A DNA stretch of 11,878 nt from an uncultured Nitrososphaerota archaeon (lineage in GTDB: Archaea > Korarchaeota > Korarchaeia > Korarchaeales > Korarchaeaceae). The position numbers and the translations under genes are program-made. The DNA lies in assembly GCA_964618805.1 (NCBI GenBank), contig CAZUBM010000033.1:1-11878 (forward strand), read 5' to 3'. The notes beneath the pieces were generated by a model that made no database searches, was not told the origin of the DNA, and worked only from the letters and a program-made list of their open reading frames with translations. Positions 1 to 9,835 of the stretch are shown here, one piece after another; position 1 is the stretch's first letter, and every line of letters begins with the position of its first letter.

Positions 1-673
1 AACATAACGGGAGTCCCTGATACCGGAAAAGTCTTATGGCAGAACAATTTGCTGTAAAACAAGCTTCTCTTGGATATGCAACCTGCTTCATAACGGTTGA
101 AAGTCCCTCATCTTTTGTGGCAAGGGACTTAATGCAAAGATCACTGGCTATGGGCATCGATTGGGAATCGATAAAGCAGAAAATAGTGATCATAGACGCT
201 TCCAGTCACAAAGAGTTGAGGGAAGATATTCCATCTTTACTGAACACTTTAGCATACGCCATAAAGGAGTATGAGGAAAAGAGCGTTACAATAGACTCTA
301 TTACAGGCCTCTTTGAGGCAAAAGAAGTCTTAGCTAGGTCAATAGTGAGAGAAATCTTCAATTTCATGAAGAAAAGGGGTCAAACTGCTGTTCTGATATC
401 CCAAAAGAGAAGCGGGCATAGGGAAGAGACTGCGGAGGCAGCTGGAGGATATGCCGTCAGTCACATAGTGGATGGGACCATAGTGCTATGTAAGATCCTT
501 GTGAAAAGCAAGTGGGAGGAAACCTTTACAAGAAACCGATAGGAACAGTGATCAGGACAATAAGAATAGATGGTTGCAGGATGGTTGGACATGATACGTC
601 CACCCACCTGCTATACATTACAGAAAAAGGTCTTGTGAAGATAGGCCCAAAGTTGGAGGAGCTAAGGGGGTGA
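1..673 (+). pseudogene. KaiC-like RecA-superfamily ATPase (resembles the AF_0795/TIGR03878 family), 5'-truncated by the window edge, with two frameshifts (real pseudogene or homopolymer sequencing errors)
   Basis: Frame 1 from base 1 reads NITGVPDTGK (Walker A). Adding one A to the A-run at 27-30 joins it to SLMAEQF of ORF 36..542, which carries Walker B 'VTIDS' and 'AEAAGGYAVSHIVDG'. Adding one A at 520-522 continues as NLYKKPIGTVIRTIRIDGCRMVGHDTSTHLLYITEKGLVKIGPKLEELRG to TGA at 671-673, a typical KaiC C-terminus. Confidence 0.9.
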
Positions 674-677
674 TCGC

Positions 678-1298
678 GTGGGAATCATGGTAAGCCCGGC
701 GAAGAGGGACGTTGATAAAGAAGTACTGAGAATCTTCATGAAGAGCATCGAACTGCTAGGAGGTCCCAGGAAGCTCATCGAGTACAGGAATCTCACCTGG
801 CTTCCAAGCCTGATGGAGGCTTGTTATGCCATAGCTCTGAAGAACAGGTTTAAGACAGAAGAGGAAATCGCAAGGGAACTCGGAATAACGAAGCAAACAG
901 TCAGGAGGATACTTGAGTCGGATCCATCGGTGGTTATGAAGAAACTGACAGGTGAATATATTGGAAGGTTTGACGAGCATGTGGCCGGTGGAATAGCAAA
1001 ACTCGCATGGAGGGAGATAAAAAGAGGAAGAGAGGATGTTGAGTTGATGATAGATGCATCAAGACAGGTCCTAGAGGGGCTTGGTGGTCCAGTATGGGCT
1101 ATCCTCACTTTGATTAGGATAAAGGGCCTTGATTTCCCGATAGAAGAACCAAAGGTCCTTCAGGAGAGGCTAAAGGGGATAAAGGCCTTTGGTGTCGATC
1201 TAGAGGAAGCAGCAAAGGCCATAAGTTACCCTATAAGAAATCCAGCTGAGCTTCTTAACAAGCTCTCGAAGGAGATAAAGAGGCATGTAAGGGAGTGA
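678..1298 (+). CDS. KaiC-associated regulatory protein (TIGR03879-like domain with HTH, plus a small C-terminal helical domain resembling DUF2795/MTH865)
   Basis: 206-aa ORF 4 nt after the KaiC stop, with SD GGGGGTGA overlapping that stop. Motifs LTWLPSLMEA, HTH 'TEEEIARELGITKQTVRRIL', HVAGGIAKLA, and C-terminal 'IKGLDFPI...YPIRNPAELL'. Start is GTG 678 or ATG 687. Confidence 0.85.
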   Translation: MGIMVSPAKRDVDKEVLRIFMKSIELLGGPRKLIEYRNLTWLPSLMEACYAIALKNRFKTEEEIARELGITKQTVRRILESDPSVVMKKLTGEYIGRFDEHVAGGIAKLAWREIKRGREDVELMIDASRQVLEGLGGPVWAILTLIRIKGLDFPIEEPKVLQERLKGIKAFGVDLEEAAKAISYPIRNPAELLNKLSKEIKRHVRE

Positions 1299-1315
1299 TA
1301 CTTATCAATAAGCCA

Positions 1316-2602
1316 TCATCCCTCGACTATCTTAGCTATTTCATTATAATCTTGCTCTGTTATCTTCTCAGTATTTAGTTTCATGTAAAAGTAATCAACC
1401 CCTCTCTGCATTCTAGCTGGCATTTTCAATATCTGCCACATCTTTTCCTTTATCAAAACCGACTTCTTTAGCATTTCTCTCTTAAGCTTGGACTCCACCT
1501 CAAAAACTCTCCTGCGATAATACCCTAATATAACTCCGTCTATGAATGCCTCTGTCAACTCAGCCTTTGGCGTTTCTAGGCCCATCTCACCAAGGCTTGT
1601 CAGTGCTCCATAAGATGATGAGAGAAGTAGCTCATAAAGCTCGAACATTGGGAGTTCCTCTCTTGCAAACCTCGACCTAGCTATAGCCTCAGCGTGAGGT
1701 AAGGGATTCATTACATGGCATAGGCAGAAGACCTCCATTCTCTTTATGTCCTTATCCTTAGTTTTACCAGCCATGTGATAATCTGTCATCCAAGTGCCTC
1801 CCTCTCCAACTAAGTGATTTGCCACATGAGAATTAGTCATGAAGCCTGGTCCTCGCTGAATAGTTCCGTGCATTATGTCGTTATCGTGGTGCAGCCTCAG
1901 GTTGTATCCACACGAGGATCCTAACCACCTAAGGTAATCCTTACAATCTTCCTCTCCCAAGATCTTCTCAATTCCCGGAAGACTAAATGCATAGAGAATT
2001 TCATCCACCCTTATGTCTGTTGGTTCCAGGCAGAACACACAAGCAGCTTCAGTTTTTCTTGAGCCTTTGAGAAACTTGTTCATTAGATCCTCAAAACTCG
2101 TCCTGTTTAGATAGGAGAAGAGATCTCGTCTATTTTTCACTTCTATAACAAAGACGTTCTTGTAAATCCCTAAACCAATGGGTTCTGTTGCATGAAGATC
2201 GAGTTCTTTTGCCTTATTCATCCATTTTATCTCATTATCGGCCTCTTCGGGTGTCGAGAATCCCCATATAAGCTTTCCCGATCCTATACTTGCGTTAGTT
2301 AGGAAGTAGGTAAAGAGCTTCCTATCCCTTTGGATCGGACGGGACTTGCCAAAGGGAATGCCGATTGCTTTAGCCTTAAACCACATCCGATTTAATGGAA
2401 ATGTGATGGACCTGTTCCCGCTTATGTAAGCTAACAGGGAATTAATCCTTCTATCAAGCGGATTGCAAAGCACTGGTAATGTGTCTTTGTTGAAAGGATA
2501 TTTCGATGGATCAAGGAGCTTTGTCTCTCCTTCTATAAGGAAATACTCTGTCTTAGATCCCCTTAGTTTTTGGATAAGTCCTTCTATTGCAAGGTCCTTC
2601 AT
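1316..2602 (-). CDS. Hypothetical protein with a protein-kinase-like fold; divergent SelO/YdiU-like pseudokinase (candidate nucleotidyltransferase/AMPylase)
   Basis: 428-aa ORF, ATG start with GAGGT SD. Ordered motifs SGNRS(61-65), KAKAIG (K78), E124, PTDIRV (R198), HHDNDIMHGT (H245-G246-T247), NSHVAN (N262) and MTDY (D274) match the kinase/SelO motif order. The coding status is confident; the function is inferred. Confidence 0.65.
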   Translation of the reverse strand: MKDLAIEGLIQKLRGSKTEYFLIEGETKLLDPSKYPFNKDTLPVLCNPLDRRINSLLAYISGNRSITFPLNRMWFKAKAIGIPFGKSRPIQRDRKLFTYFLTNASIGSGKLIWGFSTPEEADNEIKWMNKAKELDLHATEPIGLGIYKNVFVIEVKNRRDLFSYLNRTSFEDLMNKFLKGSRKTEAACVFCLEPTDIRVDEILYAFSLPGIEKILGEEDCKDYLRWLGSSCGYNLRLHHDNDIMHGTIQRGPGFMTNSHVANHLVGEGGTWMTDYHMAGKTKDKDIKRMEVFCLCHVMNPLPHAEAIARSRFAREELPMFELYELLLSSSYGALTSLGEMGLETPKAELTEAFIDGVILGYYRRRVFEVESKLKREMLKKSVLIKEKMWQILKMPARMQRGVDYFYMKLNTEKITEQDYNEIAKIVEG

Positions 2603-2652
2603 AGGGATACCTCGTGGACAACATTAAGACCCATTTTACGTCTAAGTTAGCT

Positions 2653-3141
2653 CTAGGTCTTTTTAACCGATATCGGAATCTCGGTTGTCTCCTTGGCAGT
2701 CTTAAAGACCATGCATGTTAGGGTTTTCTCGATACCCTGCACTTTCCTAAGCTTGTTCACTACGAATTCTCCTACCTCATGGACATCACGCGCTTTAACC
2801 TTTATCAGAAGGTCCCAATCACCTGAAATTATGTGAACTTCCTGAACTTCATGAAACAGAGCTATTTTCTTTGCTATTTCTACCTGCGAAAGTGGTTTTT
2901 CTACCCCCGGAACTCTATATGCTACTGATGCTAGCACAAATGCCGTTGTCCCAATCCCTAACTTTTCGGCATTAAGTATCGCCCTATATCCTAATATTAT
3001 ATTAGATTGCTCTAATCTCCTTATTTTAGCATAAACTGTGCTTATAGGACTTCCAATCTTCTTTGCAATCTCTTTTGCTGCTATACGGCAGTTTTCCTGA
3101 AGCATTTTGAGCATCTTAAGGTCCTTAGAATCTAGCTTCAT
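2653..3141 (-). CDS. Lrp/AsnC family transcriptional regulator (162 aa)
   Basis: From ATG 3141: MKLDSKDLKMLKMLQENCR, HTH 'AKEIAKKIGSPISTVYAKIRRLEQSNIILGY', and RAM domain 'VQEVHIISGDWDLLIKV'. The ORF track's extension to 3288 is AT-rich promoter DNA. Confidence 0.95.
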   Translation of the reverse strand: MKLDSKDLKMLKMLQENCRIAAKEIAKKIGSPISTVYAKIRRLEQSNIILGYRAILNAEKLGIGTTAFVLASVAYRVPGVEKPLSQVEIAKKIALFHEVQEVHIISGDWDLLIKVKARDVHEVGEFVVNKLRKVQGIEKTLTCMVFKTAKETTEIPISVKKT

Positions 3142-3220
3142 ACTAGAAATATTACAATGAATGCATGCATATAATTTTTGAATTCTAGAAAAATTAACTA
3201 ATTTATGTAAATTTACAATC
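3142..3220. promoter_or_regulatory. AT-rich promoter/operator region of the Lrp gene with several palindromes
   Basis: On the minus strand, CAAAAATTATAT (BRE/TATA-like, about 3169-3180) lies about 30 nt upstream of ATG 3141, suggesting a leaderless transcript. Perfect palindromes: TGTAAATTTACA 3206-3217, TTCTAGAA 3183-3190, ATGCATGCAT 3161-3170. Inverted repeat TAATTTTT-N9-AAAAATTA at 3172-3196. Confidence 0.6.
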
Positions 3221-3384
3221 AAGGATCTAACTGGAAGATCAGATATGAAAATATCCAAGCGAGACAGAATTGAGTAAGAGAAAGTCACTAATGTCCCCTT
3301 AAATGCCTTGAAAGGAATTCATTGCCCAAGGTTGAAGCATCAAAAGCTGGGCTGAGCATTTTACAAAGACTCTACTTTCCCCTA

Positions 3385-3392
3385 TTTTATAA
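3385..3392 (+). promoter_or_regulatory. TATA box for the 3422-5303 unit
   Basis: TTTTATAA about 30 nt upstream of TTG 3422, with no SD; this fits a leaderless or short-leader transcript. Confidence 0.5.
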
Positions 3393-3421
3393 CTTAGGCT
3401 AGCATAGCTTTATGATCTAGA

Positions 3422-4666
3422 TTGGTTACGATAGAGGAACTCCTAGCAAAGCCTTTGAAACCGGGAGAGATCGTAGAAATAGTAGGAAAGGTATCTGAAC
3501 TGCTTCCAGTGTTCACTCTTGGAACTAAGAGATATGAGAGGATGGTTGTTTCAGATGATACTGGTAAAATCATCGTATCCTTTCCGTCTTCACCTAAGTA
3601 CTTCCTCCCAGGGGATGCAGTCAAGCTGAGGGGGAGAATGAGACAATGTCCGTACATGCCCATGGAGAAATGCATCGAAACGAACGCAGAGGACATTGAG
3701 ATACTTGAGCCCAAATGGATAAGACCACAGGATAGAAAAGAGCTTGATGAGCTGGGGGCTTTTACTTTGTTCGCCTTCCTAGCAGTAACAACTCTAGATG
3801 AGAAGAAGATGGAACCCATCCTTAAGACCAGGCTTGAACCCATGAGGATATATGAGGAAGCAAGGAAGAGGATTGAGTTAGGCAAGGATTTGAGTGATCT
3901 TATCGAGCTTCTAGAGGCTATGACGCTCTATAGTGTGTTTTTCAGATCGTTAAGTGCAGCAGAGGTGACGCAGAACTCCCTTATCATGATAAAAGGACTT
4001 AAAATAGGAGAAAAGTCAATTGCAAGAATTAAACTAATGGAGAAGTTTCTAAGGGCATTGGTCGATGTTGAGGGCTTTAGACCCTACATATCAGGACCAA
4101 AAGCGGGTCTTATAGAGACATATCCCTTAGGGAAGGAAGAAGAGTTAGAGAAGTACGGAGAACTAAGTAAGCCAGCAGTTGAAGTAGTTAAAAGCCTTAA
4201 AGGGGAAGGAGATGTTAGACTCATGATAGTTCAATTAAAGGGCTTCCTGGAAGGAATAGAAAAGGTTAGAAAGATCGTCGAAATAGCTGCAGGTGCTGGA
4301 GGTGCTTCTCTATTGACTTCAACCATAGATACAACCCTAGAAAACTTCCAAGAGGTAATGGAGGGGTTAGAGAGAATATCGAATAGGAAGGAGAAAACTC
4401 TTCTTTACATAGAAGGGCTTGAGATCCTAGCTCCTAGCAACCTTTTCATTTCAACCTTTGTTAAGGATCCAGATATTGCCTTAAAAGTTAGGAAGAAGAG
4501 TCTTAACCTGCTATTCAAAATCCTTAAGAACCCTTCCATCCTTATAGTTGCTGTAACGCCTTCCATAGCTCTAGTAGCCAAGGAGGCAGTTGAAAAAGCG
4601 GATAAAATAGTAGGAAAAGCAAAGAAGATTAAGAAGGGTGAGGAGTTCATTCCATATACAGTATAG
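3422..4666 (+). CDS. Hypothetical protein: N-terminal OB-fold, helical middle region, C-terminal degenerate (probably inactive) AAA+-like domain
   Basis: 414-aa ORF with TTG start. OB signature 'GEIVEIVGKV...VVSDDTGKIIV...LPGDAVKLRGRM'. C-terminal 'TLLYIEGLEILAP...NLLFKIL...ILIVAVTPS...KADKIV' follows the AAA Walker B/sensor-1/SRH pattern but lacks the catalytic residues. Confidence 0.7.
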   Translation: MVTIEELLAKPLKPGEIVEIVGKVSELLPVFTLGTKRYERMVVSDDTGKIIVSFPSSPKYFLPGDAVKLRGRMRQCPYMPMEKCIETNAEDIEILEPKWIRPQDRKELDELGAFTLFAFLAVTTLDEKKMEPILKTRLEPMRIYEEARKRIELGKDLSDLIELLEAMTLYSVFFRSLSAAEVTQNSLIMIKGLKIGEKSIARIKLMEKFLRALVDVEGFRPYISGPKAGLIETYPLGKEEELEKYGELSKPAVEVVKSLKGEGDVRLMIVQLKGFLEGIEKVRKIVEIAAGAGGASLLTSTIDTTLENFQEVMEGLERISNRKEKTLLYIEGLEILAPSNLFISTFVKDPDIALKVRKKSLNLLFKILKNPSILIVAVTPSIALVAKEAVEKADKIVGKAKKIKKGEEFIPYTV

Positions 4667-4685
4667 CCGGTAGAAGGGAGAAAAG

Positions 4686-6589
<1,904 letters not shown>

Positions 6590-6703
6590 CTATATGTCCC
6601 TCCATTACTTGTTCTCCTCAAATAATAATGTTGCTTTTCTAAGCTGCTAACAGTTTGAATGAAATGATTAAAAAGAGGTCTTCAACCACCAAAGTGACCT
6701 AAT
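6590..6703. promoter_or_regulatory. Divergent purA/rbcL promoter region
   Basis: 114-bp head-to-head spacer. GAAATGATTAAAAA (BRE/TATA-like, 6661-6674) is about 30 nt before rbcL ATG. Weak inverted repeat AGGTC-N15-GACCT at 6676-6700. Confidence 0.55.
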
Positions 6704-7990
6704 ATGAGCTATACAGATTTTGTCGATAAGAATTACAAACCCAGTAAGGACGAATTAGTTGCCCTCTTTTACGTTGAACCTGTTGAAGGGATATCACTTG
6801 AGGAAGCTGCTGGAAGAGTGGCTTCGGAGAGTTCTAATGGTACATGGACAGAAGTTGTAACGATGAGCGACAGGATTAGGAAATTAAGTGCAAAAGCGTA
6901 CGAGTTTAACGGTTTTTGGGTCAAGATAGCTTATCCTCTGGACCTATTTGAGCTTGGGAGCATGCCCCAAGTCTGGAGTTCCATAGCTGGAAACGTGTTT
7001 GGTATGAAAGCTCTCAAGAACTTAAGGCTTGAGGACGTTTACTGGCCCCCTGAAATGGTTAAATCCTTTCCAGGTCCTGGAAAAGGGATTAAGGGGATAA
7101 GAGAGACTTTAAAGGTCGAGAAAAGGCCGATACTGGCTACCGTCCCTAAGCCTAAGGTAGGAATGACGACAGAAGAACATGTAAGAGTTGCCTACGAGAT
7201 TTGGGTTGGCGGAGTGGACTTATTAAAGGATGATGAGAACCTGACTAGCCAGAACTTTAACAAATTCGAGGAAAGGGTTAGAGAATCGCTGAAAATGAGA
7301 GATAAAGCAGAAAAGGAGACAGGAGAGAGAAAATCATACTTAGTCAACGTGACTGCTCCTTTCTATGATATGAAGGAAAGGGCTGAAATAGTTGCGGATC
7401 TTGGAGGGGAGTTCATAATGATAGACATTCTAACCGCTGGATGGTCTGCACTACAGGCTATGAGAGAAGTCGCCAAGGATTTAGGTCTAGCGATACATGC
7501 TCACAGGGCATTTCATGCAGCTTTCACAAAGAACAGGAAGCATGGGGTGTCGATGAAGGTGGTTGCTGAGTCGGCAAGGCTCGTTGGGGTTGACACAATA
7601 CATGCAGGAACGGTTGTAGGTAAGCTTGTTTCACCCCTTGAAGAAGTTACTGCACTTGCTGACGTTCTAAGGAAGGAAAAAGTTGAGGAAGATTGGGAAA
7701 GGAAGATTCTTCCAAAGGATTGGTTGGGATTAAAGCCTGTTCTCCCTGTTAGCTCTGGTGGACTGCATCCAGGCCTTGTTCCAGATATCTTAAAGATACT
7801 TGGGACAGAAATAATGATACAGGCTGGAGGCGGAGTCCTCGGACATCCAAAAGGACCAAGAGAGGGAGCAGCCGCAATGAGACAAGCGCTGTATGCAGCA
7901 ATGGAGGGCATCCCTTTGGACGAATACGCCAGGGATCACAAGGAATTGAGAGCTGCACTCGAACACTGGGGTTATGTTAAGCCAGTGTAA
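6704..7990 (+). CDS. rbcL: Form III ribulose-1,5-bisphosphate carboxylase (archaeal RuBisCO large subunit)
   Basis: All catalytic motifs are present: ASESSNGTWT, AGNVFG, PKPKVG, GVDLLKDDE (carbamylated Lys), HAHRAFH, HAGTVVGKL (loop-6 Lys), SSGGLHPG and QAGGGVLGHP. Length 428 aa, with no small-subunit gene nearby. Confidence 0.96.
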   Translation: MSYTDFVDKNYKPSKDELVALFYVEPVEGISLEEAAGRVASESSNGTWTEVVTMSDRIRKLSAKAYEFNGFWVKIAYPLDLFELGSMPQVWSSIAGNVFGMKALKNLRLEDVYWPPEMVKSFPGPGKGIKGIRETLKVEKRPILATVPKPKVGMTTEEHVRVAYEIWVGGVDLLKDDENLTSQNFNKFEERVRESLKMRDKAEKETGERKSYLVNVTAPFYDMKERAEIVADLGGEFIMIDILTAGWSALQAMREVAKDLGLAIHAHRAFHAAFTKNRKHGVSMKVVAESARLVGVDTIHAGTVVGKLVSPLEEVTALADVLRKEKVEEDWERKILPKDWLGLKPVLPVSSGGLHPGLVPDILKILGTEIMIQAGGGVLGHPKGPREGAAAMRQALYAAMEGIPLDEYARDHKELRAALEHWGYVKPV

Positions 7991-8315
7991 GCTATAGGCA
8001 GAAATACGCTCCTAGAGTTGAGTAATAGGTAAGTTAAAATTAGCTCTTCCCCTAAAAGCGATAGAACTAAGCTCTCAACACGACGCAAAGGTAAAAATCT
8101 CTGGAATCCTAACAATCTTCGGTTTTTCATCATATGAGGCTATGGGTGACAGAGGTTACCCAGAAGGGTTATAAGCTCCTAAGAGAACTTTTAATTTTTG
8201 AAATATACGACCTAAGAGCTCACATTTGTGAGGAATAGTGCTTTCATCCATGTATGGGATAAACTAGTTTTTAGAATTCGATCAGATCGCGCAATAGATT
8301 ATATAAGGTGAGCTC

Positions 8316-9659
8316 TTGCTCCAAGATAAAAACGAACAAAAGGAGAGAAGAGTTACTAAGCCTGAATATGCCTTCTATGTAGCTGAAGCCCTTACTGCAG
8401 CTTCACCAGCCATGGTATCATCTGTCTACGTAATTTTCCTCTTGAGCAGAGGGCTTAACTTCAAGCAGGTTGCCATCGTAGACGGCTTCTATATGGCTGT
8501 TTCAGCGCTGGTAGACTCTCCTACAGGTGGGATGGCTGATAAATATGGCAGAGGTCTTATGGCAGGAATTGGAAACTTATTCATGGCGCTTGGACTTCTA
8601 TCATATGGAATGGCCAGGAGTTTCTTCCAGTTTCTCTTTTCTGAGGGACTGGCTGCAGTAGGATTTGCATTTTACAGCGGAGCCCTAGAGGCATGGCTCG
8701 TTGATTCGCTTAAGAAGTCAAAGAGGGAACACGATATCCCAAAAGTGTTTGGCACAACTGGTTTCCTATCTTACATTGTCATGGCACTTTCAGGGTTCTT
8801 AGGTGGAGCTATTGCTGAATTTGGGCAAGAAAAGGCCTTTATAGCCGGATCAATTGTTTCATTTGCAGGTACACTCTTCATCTCGCTTGTGATTGGAGTT
8901 GGTCAGGCCGATTCTTACACCACTAGAAGGAGAGCATACTTCTCCTACCTAAAAAGAGGTCTTAGAATTACATTTGAAAATGCTATCATAAGAGGATTGC
9001 TGGTAGTCCTTGCATTCACTGTACTTGCAATTCCTAGCTTTACACTGACGTGGGCTCCAAGATTAAGGGAACTTGGTGGAAGTATGTGGTTATTAGGGGC
9101 AACCAGCTCAATTCTTTTTGCATCAGCAGGTTTTGCTCAGTACATGGGAGGTAGGTTAGCTAGAAGGCTAGGGATTAAGAGGACTTCTCTCGCAGGAATT
9201 CTTCTCATCTCATCTTCCTTCATTCTAATGGCCTTCTCGCCATCTCCTGGCCTCTTCATAACATCAGCTTTACTTTTTGAGCTGGGATATGGTTTAAGGA
9301 TACCCTCCATAAGATCTTGGTTCAATAGAGCAGTTCCTAGCGAAGAAAGGGCAACTATTCTAAGCCTAAGATCAACTCTTTTGAGGCCTTTAAGTCTCTT
9401 GGGGATGGCAATCATGGGGATAATTGCTGATAGCTATGGCATACCAGCTACCCATCTCTGGGGACTTCTCATATCTCTGCCTGCCTGTCTTGTAATACTC
9501 ATTGTACCTGAAACCATCCCCTCTGAAAATAATTCAAGGTTCCTTGGCAAAAGGCATAAAAAAGATAAGGTGGTAAGAAGATCCTCCAAAATAATGCAGT
9601 CTCTCTGCAAGAACGTCGCTCATATTGGTTCTTTTATGTCTCTTTCAAAAAATAGTTGA
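8316..9659 (+). CDS. MFS transporter (about 12 TM helices, substrate unknown)
   Basis: Motif A 'PTGGMADKYGRG', second-half repeat 'GGRLARRLGIKR', 'FYSGALEAWLVDS' and 'VPSEERATILS', with multiple hydrophobic segments. GGTGA SD before the TTG start (start uncertain). Confidence 0.93.
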   Translation: MLQDKNEQKERRVTKPEYAFYVAEALTAASPAMVSSVYVIFLLSRGLNFKQVAIVDGFYMAVSALVDSPTGGMADKYGRGLMAGIGNLFMALGLLSYGMARSFFQFLFSEGLAAVGFAFYSGALEAWLVDSLKKSKREHDIPKVFGTTGFLSYIVMALSGFLGGAIAEFGQEKAFIAGSIVSFAGTLFISLVIGVGQADSYTTRRRAYFSYLKRGLRITFENAIIRGLLVVLAFTVLAIPSFTLTWAPRLRELGGSMWLLGATSSILFASAGFAQYMGGRLARRLGIKRTSLAGILLISSSFILMAFSPSPGLFITSALLFELGYGLRIPSIRSWFNRAVPSEERATILSLRSTLLRPLSLLGMAIMGIIADSYGIPATHLWGLLISLPACLVILIVPETIPSENNSRFLGKRHKKDKVVRRSSKIMQSLCKNVAHIGSFMSLSKNS

Positions 9660-9835
9660 ACTCCAAGGAAATCTACCTACTGATAAGCTTAATCTATTGA
9701 GAACCTCCATTTAGGGTATAGATTATCCAATTGAATTCTGCATTTTATCTGAAATTTCGTGCTTCATTAGATATGTTTTAGTACTACCCATGCTGCGTCA
9801 GCAATGAAAGGCAGGGTAGTGTACTTTGGCATTAG

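Noticed and set aside
756-1108. Minus-strand ORFs 756..980 and 824..1108
   Set aside because: Antisense shadows of the KaiC partner gene with no recognisable motifs.
3142-3288. 49-aa N-terminal extension of Lrp in the ORF track
   Set aside because: The Lrp consensus begins at ATG 3141, and the extension covers the TATA box and palindromes.
3422-4666. RuBisCO activase role for the AAA-like protein
   Set aside because: It lacks Walker A/B residues, does not resemble CbbQ or CbbX, and is not in the rbcL transcription unit.
6704-7990. RuBisCO-like protein (form IV) or a Calvin-cycle operon
   Set aside because: All carboxylation residues are intact, so it is not form IV; no rbcS, PRK or cbbQ/X genes are in the window.
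7513-8133. Minus-strand ORFs 7513..7911, 7749..7958 and a 53-aa ORF at 7972..8133
   Set aside because: The first two are antisense to rbcL. The third has no SD or motif and overlaps the rbcL 3' end.
9780-9825. Hammerhead ribozyme, SECIS or known riboswitch
   Set aside because: No CUGANGA core paired with GAAA in the required arrangement, no in-frame TGA in neighbouring genes, and no recognisable aptamer consensus.
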